NCBI GenBank assembly: GCA_002315685.1
Contig: DCHX01000029.1
Span: 16,701 to 80,700, forward strand
Length of the DNA: 64,000 bases
From: Ruminococcaceae bacterium UBA1741
GTDB lineage: Bacteria > Bacillota > Clostridia > Oscillospirales > Acutalibacteraceae
Direction: 5' to 3'
The translations under genes were made by a program, and so were the position numbers. Positions 38,441 to 48,776 of the stretch are shown here, piece by piece. Position 1 is the stretch's first letter. Every line of letters begins with the position of its first letter. Under the pieces are notes generated by a model. That model did not search any database. It was not told where the DNA came from and was given only the letters and a program-made list of their open reading frames with translations.

Positions 38441-40864
38441 ATGAACCGCGTTTCAGCCGAAGTTGTTTTAGATGGCGCTGTTGGGTCATACGATAAGCGC
38501 TATTCTTACTTTGTGCCGGACGAGCTTTTCGAAAAGGCAAAGGTCGGAACAAGAGTTACTGTTCCGTTTGGAAACGGAAATATTAAAAAACAAGGGCTTA
38601 TTATCTCGCTTTCAAAAAGCGAGGATAACCCGAAAACCAAATATATTTTAGGTGTAACTGATGAAATTCCCATATTAAATGACGAGATGATTAAGCTTTG
38701 TCTTTATATGAAGGAACGGTTTTTTTGCACCTATTTTGATGCCGTTCATACAATTCTTCCTACCGGTCTTAACTATCGGTTGGAGGAATTTTATGCTATA
38801 AATGAAGAGTTTTGCACTGTTAATGCGCTTGATGGCGATGAAAAAGCGGTTTTTGATTTTATAAGAGAAAACGAGAGTGTTTCGGGTAAAAAAATCAAGT
38901 CCGATTTTGAAAATGCGAAAGAAATTTTATTAAGTCTTAAAGAAAAAGGTGCGGTTTCGGTTTGTTCCGAGCCTATTAAGGCGATGGGCGATAAAACCGC
39001 AAAATATGTAAGACTGATTGATGAGGATTTCGATACCTTTTCCTTAACCGAAAGACAAAAGGAAATTGCGGATGTTATTAAATCGGTAGGCACGGTAAGT
39101 GTTAAAGAGCTTATTTATTTTACGGGCGTTACGATGTCGGTAATTACCGCACTTTCTAAAAAAAATGTTATTGAGGTTTTTGAAAAACAGGTTTTCAGAA
39201 TACCTTACAAGGTTAGTAAAAACAAAAATAATGAAAAAATTGTTTTGAATACAGAACAGGAAAAGGCTTTTAACAAGCTGCTTTGCGATATGAATTCGGG
39301 AAAGCCGTCCGCCTCGCTTTTGTACGGCGTTACGGGAAGCGGTAAAACGCAGGTTTATTTGAAGCTTGTAGAACAAGCGGTAAATGACAAAAAAGATGTT
39401 ATTGTTATGGTGCCCGAAATTTCGCTCACTCCCCAACTTATAGAGCTTTTTACTTCAAGATTCGGCAATAAAATTGCGGTTTTTCACAGTAATATGTCGT
39501 TAGGTCAACGAATGGACGAGTATAACCGAATAAAAAACGGCAGTGCAACTATTGCCATAGGCACGAGAAGTGCCTGCTTCGCACCTTGTAATAATTTAGG
39601 CCTTATTATTATGGACGAAGAACAAGAACATTCATACAAGTCCGAAAAAAGTCCCCGTTTTAATGCAAAGGATATTGCAAAATTCAGGGCTAATTATCAT
39701 AATTGTTTGCTTTTACTTGCCTCCGCTACTCCGTCGCTTGAAAGTTACAGCTTGGCATTATCTGATAGATACGGACTTTGCGAGTTATCTACAAGATACA
39801 ATAATGCAAAGCTTCCGAATGTTCATATTGCCGATATGCGAAAAGAATTAAGCGAAGGCAACAAATCAAATATCAGTAGGTTGTTAGCCTCAAAAATCGA
39901 AGAACGGCTTAATGATAAAAAGCAGGTTATAATTTTACTTAACCGCAGAGGACATAATACCCATATTTCATGTCCTGCGTGCGGATATGTGGCAACCTGT
40001 AAGGAGTGCAGTGTTTCGCTTACATACCATTCGGCAAACAAACGAATGATGTGCCATTACTGCGGATATTCCGAAAGCATACCTACTAAATGTCCCGAAT
40101 GCGGTAACGAATATTTGAGCTTTCAAGGTGCGGGAACGCAAAAGCTACAAGAAGAATTATCTTTGCTTTTTCCGACTGCTAAAATATTAAGGCTTGATGC
40201 CGATACAACACTTTCAAGGGACTCCTTTTCAACAAGTCTTAAAGCCTTTGCCGATAAGGAATACGATATTATGATAGGTACCCAGATGGTAGCAAAGGGA
40301 CTTGATTTTCCGAGTGTTGACCTTGTTGGTGTAATAGGTGCCGACCGTGCATTTTACAGTGATGATTACCGTGGCTTTGAGCGTACATTTTCGCTGCTTA
40401 CCCAAGTAATAGGCAGAGCGGGTAGGTCGGGCGGAAACTCGGAGGCGGTTATTCAAACCCAAAATATTACCGATAGCGTAATTCCGCTTTCGGCAAGTCA
40501 AGACTACAAGAGCTTTTATGAAGAAGAAATACTTACAAGAAAGTTAATGATTTATCCGCCGTTTTGCGATTTGTGTATGATTGTTGTGTCCTCGATGGAT
40601 AAGGAGTTGGCAAACGGTACTTCAAAAGAAATTTTGCATAGTCTGATTAAGAAAACCGACAGTGAATATAATGATGTAAAGCTTACTGTTTTAGGGCCTA
40701 TGCCTGCGGCGGTTATTAAGGTCAGCGGTAAATATCGCTACCGTATGATAATTAAGTGTAAGAATAACAAGAGATTCAGAGAGCTTATCAGAGAAACTAT
40801 AAATATAAGAAAGAAAAAAGACCTTTCGGTATTTGTTGATATGAATCCCGAAACGATTATTTAG
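38441..40864 (+). CDS. priA: Primosomal replication restart helicase PriA
   Basis: GVTGSGKT, DEEQEHSYK, and Cys-rich zinc module (CPACG...CKECS...CHYCG...CPECG). Confidence 0.96.
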   Translation: MNRVSAEVVLDGAVGSYDKRYSYFVPDELFEKAKVGTRVTVPFGNGNIKKQGLIISLSKSEDNPKTKYILGVTDEIPILNDEMIKLCLYMKERFFCTYFDAVHTILPTGLNYRLEEFYAINEEFCTVNALDGDEKAVFDFIRENESVSGKKIKSDFENAKEILLSLKEKGAVSVCSEPIKAMGDKTAKYVRLIDEDFDTFSLTERQKEIADVIKSVGTVSVKELIYFTGVTMSVITALSKKNVIEVFEKQVFRIPYKVSKNKNNEKIVLNTEQEKAFNKLLCDMNSGKPSASLLYGVTGSGKTQVYLKLVEQAVNDKKDVIVMVPEISLTPQLIELFTSRFGNKIAVFHSNMSLGQRMDEYNRIKNGSATIAIGTRSACFAPCNNLGLIIMDEEQEHSYKSEKSPRFNAKDIAKFRANYHNCLLLLASATPSLESYSLALSDRYGLCELSTRYNNAKLPNVHIADMRKELSEGNKSNISRLLASKIEERLNDKKQVIILLNRRGHNTHISCPACGYVATCKECSVSLTYHSANKRMMCHYCGYSESIPTKCPECGNEYLSFQGAGTQKLQEELSLLFPTAKILRLDADTTLSRDSFSTSLKAFADKEYDIMIGTQMVAKGLDFPSVDLVGVIGADRAFYSDDYRGFERTFSLLTQVIGRAGRSGGNSEAVIQTQNITDSVIPLSASQDYKSFYEEEILTRKLMIYPPFCDLCMIVVSSMDKELANGTSKEILHSLIKKTDSEYNDVKLTVLGPMPAAVIKVSGKYRYRMIIKCKNNKRFRELIRETINIRKKKDLSVFVDMNPETII

Positions 40865-40872
40865 GTGATACT

Positions 40873-41313
40873 ATGGCAAAAAGAAATATTGTAAAATTGG
40901 GCGATGATGTCTTAAAAAAGGTTTGCAGAACGCAACTTACCTTTGATGAAAAACTGCATCAAATATTTGATGATATGGCTGAAACTATGTATGAAGCCGA
41001 GGGTGTAGGACTTGCGGCTCCCCAAGTCGGAATACTTCGAAGATTTTGTATTATTGATGTAGGCGACGGAATAATAGAGCTTGTAAACCCCGTTATTATC
41101 TCAAAAGAGGGAACGCAAACGGGAGATGAGGGATGTCTTTCAATTCCAAACAGATACGAAAGTGTTACAAGACCTATGAGCGTTGTGGTTAGAGCGCAGG
41201 ACAGAAACGGAAACAACATTACCGTATCGGGCGAGGGACTTAAAGCCCGTGCACTTTGCCACGAAATTGACCATCTTGACGGAATATTGTTTATTGATAG
41301 GAAGGATAAATAA
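40873..41313 (+). CDS. def: Peptide deformylase
   Basis: GLAAPQVG, EGCLS and HEIDHL motifs. Confidence 0.97.
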   Translation: MAKRNIVKLGDDVLKKVCRTQLTFDEKLHQIFDDMAETMYEAEGVGLAAPQVGILRRFCIIDVGDGIIELVNPVIISKEGTQTGDEGCLSIPNRYESVTRPMSVVVRAQDRNGNNITVSGEGLKARALCHEIDHLDGILFIDRKDK

Positions 41314-41316
41314 TTT

Positions 41317-42243
41317 ATGCGCATAGTTTTTATGGGAACTCCCGATTATTCGGTTAAAACCCTAAATAAACTTATAAATTCAGGCCACGAGGTTTCGGCG
41401 GTTTTTGCTCAACCCGATAAGCCTGTCGGAAGAAAAAGAATTTTAACTCCGCCTCCTACAAAGGTGGTAGCGGAAGAAAACAATATTAAGGTTTATCAGC
41501 CTAATACTCTTCGTGACGGCGAGGCTTTCAGAATAATTAAAGAGCTAAACCCCGATATTATTGTTGTAGTGGCTTACGGCAAAATTTTACCGAAGGAAAT
41601 TTTGGATTTTCCCAAGTACGGCTGTATTAACGGACACGCATCCCTCTTGCCGAAGTATAGGGGTGCATCGCCTATTCAGTGGGCAATAGTTTCGGGAGAG
41701 AGCAAAACAGGTATCACCGTTATGCAAATGGACGAGGGAATGGATACGGGCGATATATTAAAGACCGTAACTACCGAAATCGGCGAAGAAGAAACTGCCG
41801 AGGAGCTTTTTGAGCGTTTATCGTTTATATCTGCCGATATAATGCTCGAAACAATAGCCGATATTGAAAAGGGAAATATAAAACCTATAAAGCAAAATGA
41901 AGCTGATGCTACCTATGCACCGATAATAAACAAGGAAATGGCACATCTTGATTTTAACGAGGACGCATATACTCTTGCAAATAAAGTAAGAGGCTTTTAT
42001 TCTTGGCCCTGCGCATATTTTATTTTAGAGGGTAAAAGAGTGAAAGTTATTAAAGCAAAAGCTGTTAAGTCAAGTGTAAGTGAGGCTTCAAGGGTTATTG
42101 AAAGTAACGGAAAGCTTATTATTTCCTGCGGAGAAAACACGGCACTTCAACTTATAACAATTCAACCCGAAGGAAGCAAGGAAATGTCGGTATCACAAAT
42201 GCTTAACGGTCATAAAATACCGATAGGTACAAAAGTAGAATAA
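41317..42243 (+). CDS. fmt: Methionyl-tRNA formyltransferase
   Basis: MRIVFMGTPD N-terminus and HASLLPKYRGASPIQ. Confidence 0.97.
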   Translation: MRIVFMGTPDYSVKTLNKLINSGHEVSAVFAQPDKPVGRKRILTPPPTKVVAEENNIKVYQPNTLRDGEAFRIIKELNPDIIVVVAYGKILPKEILDFPKYGCINGHASLLPKYRGASPIQWAIVSGESKTGITVMQMDEGMDTGDILKTVTTEIGEEETAEELFERLSFISADIMLETIADIEKGNIKPIKQNEADATYAPIINKEMAHLDFNEDAYTLANKVRGFYSWPCAYFILEGKRVKVIKAKAVKSSVSEASRVIESNGKLIISCGENTALQLITIQPEGSKEMSVSQMLNGHKIPIGTKVE

Positions 42244-42244
42244 T

Positions 42245-43531
42245 ATGTCAATAAGTAAATCAAGAAAAACGGCGGTAAATATACTTATATCTATCGAAAA
42301 AGACGGCGCCTATTCAAACATTTCGGTTGCAAAGGAGTTTTTATGCAGTGAACTGTCAAATGCGGATAAAGCACTTGCAAGTGCAATAGTTTACGGCACA
42401 CTTGATAGAAAAATCACTATCGACTACATAATTTCAAGGTATATTAAAACACCCGTAAATAAGATAAAACCGATAACCTTAACGGCAATCAGAATTGCGC
42501 TTTATCAAATAATTTATTTAGATAAAATCCCCGAAAGTGCCGCCGTTAATGAGTCGGTAAATATAGTAAAGGCTTCAAAAGAAAAATATAACGCTTCTTT
42601 TGTAAACGGGGTTTTAAGGGCATATTTAAGAGAACCCGCCGAAATTCCGAGCGGTAATGACATTAAATCTTTAAGTGTTAGATATTCGTGTCCTGTTACG
42701 ATAATCGAAAGCTTTGTTTCGGATTACGGAACCGAAACTGCCGTATTGCTATTGGAAGAATCTCTTAAAAAGCCTCCGATTACAGCAAGGGTTAATAATC
42801 TTAAAACAGATACAGATTCGCTTATAAAGATACTTGACGGCGAGAAAGTAACCGCAAAAAAATCAACTCTTGATAACTCTATTGAAATCTTATCGGGTAT
42901 TGATGTTGCCAATAGTAAGGCATATAAGGAAGGATTATTTCATATTGAAGATATGGCTTCCCAAATTGCTATTTCGAAAATAGGATTAAGGAACGGTTTA
43001 AGGGTGCTTGATATATGTGCGGCGCCCGGCGGTAAAAGCTTTACTATGGCTGAAATTATGAATAATACGGGGGAAGTAGTATCGCTCGACCTTTATAAGC
43101 ATAGGGTTGATTTAATTAAAAAAGGTGCCCAAAGACTTGGTATCGGCATTATAAACGCAAGAATATCCGATGCTACCGTTTATAACGAAACACTTGGACA
43201 ATTTGATGTTGTTTTGTGCGATGTTCCTTGTTCGGGGCTCGGTGTTATAAGGCGAAAACCCGAAATAAAATATAAAGATATAACAAAAAATGATTTTGAC
43301 GAGCTTTGCGATATTCAAATGAAAATACTGCATAACGCATCAAAATATGTTAAGATAGGCGGAAAATTAGTGTACTCAACCTGCACCCTTAAAAATGCCG
43401 AGAATAAGGCTCAAATCAATGCTTTTCTTGACAAAACGGGTGATTTTGAGTTACAATGTAGTAATGAGTTTATGCCGCATATTGATAAAACGGACGGATT
43501 TTACTGTGCCGTTCTTGTGAGAAACGGGTGA
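42245..43531 (+). CDS. rsmB: 16S rRNA (cytosine967-C5)-methyltransferase
   Basis: NusB-like N-terminal domain, DICAAPGGK, DVPCSGLG, YSTCT. Confidence 0.93.
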   Translation: MSISKSRKTAVNILISIEKDGAYSNISVAKEFLCSELSNADKALASAIVYGTLDRKITIDYIISRYIKTPVNKIKPITLTAIRIALYQIIYLDKIPESAAVNESVNIVKASKEKYNASFVNGVLRAYLREPAEIPSGNDIKSLSVRYSCPVTIIESFVSDYGTETAVLLLEESLKKPPITARVNNLKTDTDSLIKILDGEKVTAKKSTLDNSIEILSGIDVANSKAYKEGLFHIEDMASQIAISKIGLRNGLRVLDICAAPGGKSFTMAEIMNNTGEVVSLDLYKHRVDLIKKGAQRLGIGIINARISDATVYNETLGQFDVVLCDVPCSGLGVIRRKPEIKYKDITKNDFDELCDIQMKILHNASKYVKIGGKLVYSTCTLKNAENKAQINAFLDKTGDFELQCSNEFMPHIDKTDGFYCAVLVRNG

Positions 43532-43562
43532 TAATATACCTCAAAAAATTGATATTTGCTCT

Positions 43563-44582
43563 TTGTATGACGAGGAAATCAGAAAGCTTGTGTTGGATTT
43601 AGGCGAGCCTAAATTCAGAGCAAATCAAATAATTAAATGGGTTAGAGGCGGAATTGACAGCTTTGATGATATGACGAATATTCCGCTTACACTTAGGAAT
43701 AAATTAAAAGAGAATTGCTATATTGCAAATGTCAAGATAGAACGCAAATTGGTATCTGAAATTGACGGTACGGTAAAATATCTCTTTTCTCTTTTTGACG
43801 GCGAGTATATTGAATCGGTGCTTATGAAATATGAGCACGGCTATACGGTTTGTGTTTCTACTCAGGTAGGTTGCCGAATGGGTTGTAGGTTTTGTGCCTC
43901 GGGGCTATTCGGTCTTACGAGGAACTTAACTGCTTCTGAAATACTATCCCAAATAATTACCGCCGGAAAGGATAATAACATTAGGGTTTCTAATGTTGTT
44001 ATGATGGGTATGGGGGAGCCGCTTGACAATTTTGAGAACTCCGAAAGATTTCTTAAATTAGTAAGCGACCCTAACGGACTTGGTATAGGACTCAGGCATA
44101 TTTCTCTTTCGACCTCGGGTGTGGTAAGCGGAATAAAAGAACTTGCAAAATTAAATCTTCCTATTACGCTTTCTATTTCACTTCACGCACCGAGCGATGA
44201 AATCAGAAATACCATAATGCCTGTTAATAAAAAGTGGAATATTGAGGAGCTTGTAAATGCCTGTAAGGAATATCAAAAGGTAACTACAAGAAGGATATCC
44301 TTTGAATATGCTTTAATTGATGGCGTAAACGACACTCCCGAATGTGCTGAAATGTTAGCGGACAGATTAAAGGGTATTATGTACCATATAAATTTAATCC
44401 CCGCAAATCCCGTAAAAGAAAACGATTTCAGAAAGCCGAGTATTAAAAATATTACAAGGTTTAAGGATATGCTTGAAAAGCTGGGTGTAAATGCTACAAT
44501 AAGGAGAACGCTCGGCGCGGATATAAACGCTTCATGCGGACAACTTCGAAAGAAGGAGGGGTTCAGAAATGAAAATATTTAG
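43563..44582 (+). CDS. rlmN: 23S rRNA/tRNA (adenine-C2)-methyltransferase RlmN (radical SAM)
   Basis: GEPKFRANQI and the radical SAM cluster CRMGCRFC. The start is uncertain. TTG at 43563 is the first canonical start, but the frame is open from 43521. Confidence 0.92.
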   Translation: MYDEEIRKLVLDLGEPKFRANQIIKWVRGGIDSFDDMTNIPLTLRNKLKENCYIANVKIERKLVSEIDGTVKYLFSLFDGEYIESVLMKYEHGYTVCVSTQVGCRMGCRFCASGLFGLTRNLTASEILSQIITAGKDNNIRVSNVVMMGMGEPLDNFENSERFLKLVSDPNGLGIGLRHISLSTSGVVSGIKELAKLNLPITLSISLHAPSDEIRNTIMPVNKKWNIEELVNACKEYQKVTTRRISFEYALIDGVNDTPECAEMLADRLKGIMYHINLIPANPVKENDFRKPSIKNITRFKDMLEKLGVNATIRRTLGADINASCGQLRKKEGFRNENI

Positions 44583-45294
44583 TTCTACCGATACCGGAAA
44601 ACAGCGCTCGACAAATCAAGATGCGTATTACAGCGGATTTTTATTTGATAATTCCGCATTTGTTGTTGTTTGCGACGGTATGGGCGGTGCAAATGCCGGA
44701 AATATTGCAAGTGAAACTGCCGTTAAGGTAATTTCCGATTATGTAAATAATTCTTATAGCAATAAAATGGATAGATACTCTTTATCCAATATGCTGAAAA
44801 GTGCGGTTGTTTCGGCAAATATGAATGTTTTTGAAAAATCTCAAAATGACCCTGATTTAATTGGAATGGGAACTACTGCGGTAGTGCTTGTTGTAAGAAA
44901 CGGACTTGCGATTATTTGTCATGTGGGCGATAGCCGAGTTTATCTTGTGAATGATGAGGTTACTCAAATTACCCGCGACCATTCGGTTGTTCAAACCCTT
45001 GTGGAAAGCGGAGAGCTTACTCCCGATGAGGCAAAAAATCATCCGAGAAAGAACATAATAACGAGGGCTCTCGGTGTGGAGGAAACGGTATTTCCCGATT
45101 GTATGGAGATTCCCGTAAAAATCGGAGATACGGTTTTGGTTTGTACCGACGGTCTTTCAAACTTCATTGAAATTGATAAAATAAAGAGCATTTTTGAGGA
45201 AAACGACATTGAAAATGTTACTCAAAATTTAATTAACACTGCAAATGAAAACGGTGGCGGAGACAACATTACCGCTGTTACCGTTACGCTTTAA
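44569..45294 (+). CDS. stp: PP2C-family Ser/Thr protein phosphatase (Stp/PrpC)
   Basis: RSTNQD, VCDGMGG, and DNITAV at the end. Confidence 0.93.
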   Translation: MKIFSSTDTGKQRSTNQDAYYSGFLFDNSAFVVVCDGMGGANAGNIASETAVKVISDYVNNSYSNKMDRYSLSNMLKSAVVSANMNVFEKSQNDPDLIGMGTTAVVLVVRNGLAIICHVGDSRVYLVNDEVTQITRDHSVVQTLVESGELTPDEAKNHPRKNIITRALGVEETVFPDCMEIPVKIGDTVLVCTDGLSNFIEIDKIKSIFEENDIENVTQNLINTANENGGGDNITAVTVTL

Positions 45295-45311
45295 CGGAAA
45301 GGAAAAGTATT

Positions 45312-47309
45312 ATGGATAAGTATGTTGGAAAACGACTTGACGGACGGTATGAAATTGAAGAAATTATAGGAATCGGCGGAATGGCGGTTGTATATAAGGC
45401 TCACGATAATGTTGAAGACCGTACTGTTGCCATCAAAATCTTAAAGGACGAATTTGTTTCAAATGATGAGTTCATTCGCCGTTTTAAGAACGAATCAAAG
45501 GCTATTGCCGTTTTGTCGCATCCTAATATTGTTAAGGTACATGATGTTAGCTTCGGCGACCTTATTCAGTATATCGTTATGGAATATATTGACGGTATTA
45601 CCCTTAAAGAGTATATCGAGCATCAGGGAAGTCTTCTTTGGAAGGATGCCGTAAACTTTACAATTCAAATACTGAAAGGCTTGCAACACGCTCACGATAA
45701 GGGTATAGTACACCGTGATGTAAAACCGCAAAATATTATGGTTTTGCGTGACGGCACCATTAAGGTTACCGACTTCGGTATAGCCCGTTTTTCGAGGAGT
45801 GAACAAAGAACTATTACCGATAAGGCAATAGGCTCGGTACATTACATCAGTCCCGAACAGGCAAAGGGCGAAAAGACTGATGAAAAGGCCGATGTTTACT
45901 CGGTAGGTGTTATGCTTTATGAAATGCTTACGGGCGAGCTTCCGTTCCAAGCCGAAAGTGCCGTTTCGGTTGCTATTATGCAGTTACAGCGTGAGCCTAA
46001 GCTTCCTACTGAAATAAATCCTTCAATTCCGTTAGGTCTTGAACAAATTACAATGCACGCAATGCAAAAGATAACCGAGCGCCGTTATCAATCGGCTGCC
46101 GAAATGCTTTGCGACCTTGAACAGTTTAGAAAAGACCCTGAGGCTACATTTGAGTATTCTTATTTTGTTGACGATTCTCCGACAAGATTTGTAGGAAGCA
46201 GTGTAAGTTCATCTTCTCCTGCCTCTGCCGTTCCTATTGTTGACGAGCCGATAGAGGAAAAGAACGAAAAGAGCAACACTATCCCGATTCTACTCGGTGT
46301 TGCTGCCGCACTTGTTGTTGTAGTGGGTATTATTCTTGCTATTTTCATTCCGAAATTACTCACGGGAACGGGTAAAGAAATTGCTTGTCCTAACTTTGTG
46401 GGAATGACTGTTGATGAGGTAAAGGAAAGCGAGTATTTTGATACCTTTAATATTGATTTCGAGTACAATGTAAATGATAAATATGATATTGGCAAGGTTT
46501 ATGAGCAGTCTGCAAAAGAGGGCAAAAAATTAAAGAAAAATGCTAATATTACCCTTACTGTAAGTATGGGTGTTACAACTGTTAAGGTGCCTGATGTTTA
46601 CGGTCAAACCGAAACCTATGCTATTTCCGAGCTTAAAGCAAAAGGCTTTGCTTATAAGATTGAAACTATTGCCGATGAAAATGTTGAAGCCGGTAAGGTT
46701 GTAAGAACCGAACCTAAAAAGACAACTACCGTTAAGGAAGGTACCGAGATTACCGTTTATGTAAGCAGCGGTAAAGAGGTCAAATTAGTTGCTATTCCCG
46801 ATGTTACCGGACTAAAATCCGCCGCTGCCGAAAAGGAGCTTAGAAGTGCGGGACTTATTCCTTCTTCCGAAACTCGCTCTATGACTCCTAACGATAAAGA
46901 GTATATGGCAAAGGGATATGTAATAAGCCAATCTCCTTCGGCTAATTCCGCTGAAACCACACCTGAGGGCACTGAGGTTAAGTTCTATGTAAGCGACGGT
47001 ACAATTACTCTTGATGTAAGCGTTGATTACACCGAACAGTATGTTACTACAAAGGATTTCAAGATGTCTTTGTGGGTTGACGGCTCTCCGATAGCACAAA
47101 GCGGAAGTTTAAGCTCTTCATCTACAAAGGGATATGTTTTCAAGGATGTTAAGCTTGAAGATAAGACTGTTTATGCTACCGTTAAGGTTAGCGAAGTAAA
47201 CGGAAATACTACTTCTTATATTGATTATGAGGATGTAAAAATTAACGCTATGACAGGCGATGTAAAGGTTATCAAGAAGTATGATGTACCTGAAAGTTAC
47301 GAGTATTGA
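45312..47309 (+). CDS. prkC: Ser/Thr protein kinase with extracellular PASTA repeats (PrkC/Stk1 type)
   Basis: Hanks kinase motifs (HRDVKPQN, DFG, SPEQ), one TM helix, then three PASTA-like units and a beta-rich tail. Confidence 0.95.
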   Translation: MDKYVGKRLDGRYEIEEIIGIGGMAVVYKAHDNVEDRTVAIKILKDEFVSNDEFIRRFKNESKAIAVLSHPNIVKVHDVSFGDLIQYIVMEYIDGITLKEYIEHQGSLLWKDAVNFTIQILKGLQHAHDKGIVHRDVKPQNIMVLRDGTIKVTDFGIARFSRSEQRTITDKAIGSVHYISPEQAKGEKTDEKADVYSVGVMLYEMLTGELPFQAESAVSVAIMQLQREPKLPTEINPSIPLGLEQITMHAMQKITERRYQSAAEMLCDLEQFRKDPEATFEYSYFVDDSPTRFVGSSVSSSSPASAVPIVDEPIEEKNEKSNTIPILLGVAAALVVVVGIILAIFIPKLLTGTGKEIACPNFVGMTVDEVKESEYFDTFNIDFEYNVNDKYDIGKVYEQSAKEGKKLKKNANITLTVSMGVTTVKVPDVYGQTETYAISELKAKGFAYKIETIADENVEAGKVVRTEPKKTTTVKEGTEITVYVSSGKEVKLVAIPDVTGLKSAAAEKELRSAGLIPSSETRSMTPNDKEYMAKGYVISQSPSANSAETTPEGTEVKFYVSDGTITLDVSVDYTEQYVTTKDFKMSLWVDGSPIAQSGSLSSSSTKGYVFKDVKLEDKTVYATVKVSEVNGNTTSYIDYEDVKINAMTGDVKVIKKYDVPESYEY

Positions 47310-48193
47310 GTCTTATGCAAGGACTAATTGTTAAGGCGATATCGTCATTTTATTATGTATCGTGCGGCGATACTGTTTATGAATGTAAAGCAAGGGGAAA
47401 TTTTCGCAAAACGGGAATTTCCCCCGTTGTCGGTGATAAGGTAGAAATTACGCTTGACGGTAAAAATTATGCGATTATTGAAAAGGTGCTTGACAGAAAA
47501 AACCTTTTACAAAGACCGCTTATTTCCAATATAGACAAGCTGATTATCGTATCGGCATATAGCTGTCCTTCGCCAGATACCTTTTTAATCGACCGATTAT
47601 GCGCTTTGGCGGAGTTTTACGGCATAGAGCCTATTATCGTGTTTAATAAATGCGATACAGGCGATTTTACCGATTTGAAAAGACTTTATACTAATGTCGG
47701 ATATAAAACTTTCGTGATTTCCGCAAAGGATAATATAGGAACTGATTTGCTTAAAAAAGAAATGGAAAATTCTATATGTGCTTTTGCGGGAAATTCGGGT
47801 GTCGGTAAATCGAGTATAATAAACGCAATATTCCGAGACCTTTCACTGCCGACAGGCGAGGTTAGTGTAAAGCTCGGCAGGGGAAGGCATACTACAAGGC
47901 ATACCGAACTGTATAAAAACGATATCGGCGGATATATTGCCGACACACCTGGTTTTTCTTCCTTTGATACCGCTATACCGAGTTATGAGTTTAAGTTGAA
48001 TTTAAGCGACTTTTTTCCCGAATTCGGCGAATATAAAAATAATTGCAAATTTACCTCCTGCACACATACCTGCGAAAAAGGGTGCGGTGTTGTCAAGGCT
48101 TTGAATGACGGAAAAATAGAAAAGACTCGCCACGAGGCTTATGTTGCGTTGTTTAACGAACTAAAAGACATTAAAGAGTGGAATTTGAAATAA
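47306..48193 (+). CDS. rsgA: Ribosome small-subunit-dependent GTPase A
   Basis: OB N-terminus, GNSGVGKSS, and the C-terminal Cys cluster CKFTSCTHTCEKGC. Confidence 0.95.
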   Translation: MSLMQGLIVKAISSFYYVSCGDTVYECKARGNFRKTGISPVVGDKVEITLDGKNYAIIEKVLDRKNLLQRPLISNIDKLIIVSAYSCPSPDTFLIDRLCALAEFYGIEPIIVFNKCDTGDFTDLKRLYTNVGYKTFVISAKDNIGTDLLKKEMENSICAFAGNSGVGKSSIINAIFRDLSLPTGEVSVKLGRGRHTTRHTELYKNDIGGYIADTPGFSSFDTAIPSYEFKLNLSDFFPEFGEYKNNCKFTSCTHTCEKGCGVVKALNDGKIEKTRHEAYVALFNELKDIKEWNLK

Positions 48194-48207
48194 TAGGGGT
48201 TATTTAG

Positions 48208-48771
48208 ATGGGATTTGTTGAACTTTTGCTTATTGGTATAGGTCTTGCGATGGACGCTTTTGCCGTTTCGGTTTGTAAGGGACTTAAAATGCCGAAACTA
48301 AAAGCTAACGATATGTTCTTTATTGCTTTGTTTTTCGGCGGTTTTCAAGCTATTATGCCACTAATTGGCTACTTTTTAGGTCAAAGATTTGAAAAGTATA
48401 TTACGAGTATTGACCATTGGATAGCATTTGCTTTACTTGCGTTTATCGGCGGAAAAATGATTTATGAATCATTTGGAAAAGATGATGATGACGACAAAGA
48501 GTATAAATTTGACTTTAAGGAGCTTTTTATATTAGCGGTTGCAACAAGCATTGATGCTTTGGCGGTCGGTATTACCTTCGCTTTCTTAAAGGTTGATATT
48601 ATTCTTGCAATAGTAATAATCGGTGTTGTTACATTTGTGATTTCGGCTATCGGTGTACTTATAGGCCATAAATTCGGCGCCGTTTATAAAAATAAAGCCG
48701 AATTCGTCGGAGGACTTATATTGGTGCTTATCGGACTTAAAATTCTTTTAGAAGGTCTTTCGATAATTTAA
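48208..48771 (+). CDS. mntP: Manganese efflux pump MntP
   Basis: 187 aa, six TM helices, with the duplicated MDAFAVS/IDALAVG motif. Confidence 0.88.
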   Translation: MGFVELLLIGIGLAMDAFAVSVCKGLKMPKLKANDMFFIALFFGGFQAIMPLIGYFLGQRFEKYITSIDHWIAFALLAFIGGKMIYESFGKDDDDDKEYKFDFKELFILAVATSIDALAVGITFAFLKVDIILAIVIIGVVTFVISAIGVLIGHKFGAVYKNKAEFVGGLILVLIGLKILLEGLSII

Positions 48772-48776
48772 TTCTA

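Noticed and set aside
48194-48207. Possible yybP-ykoY Mn2+ riboswitch upstream of mntP
   Set aside because: Only 14 nt separate rsgA and mntP, so an aptamer cannot fit.
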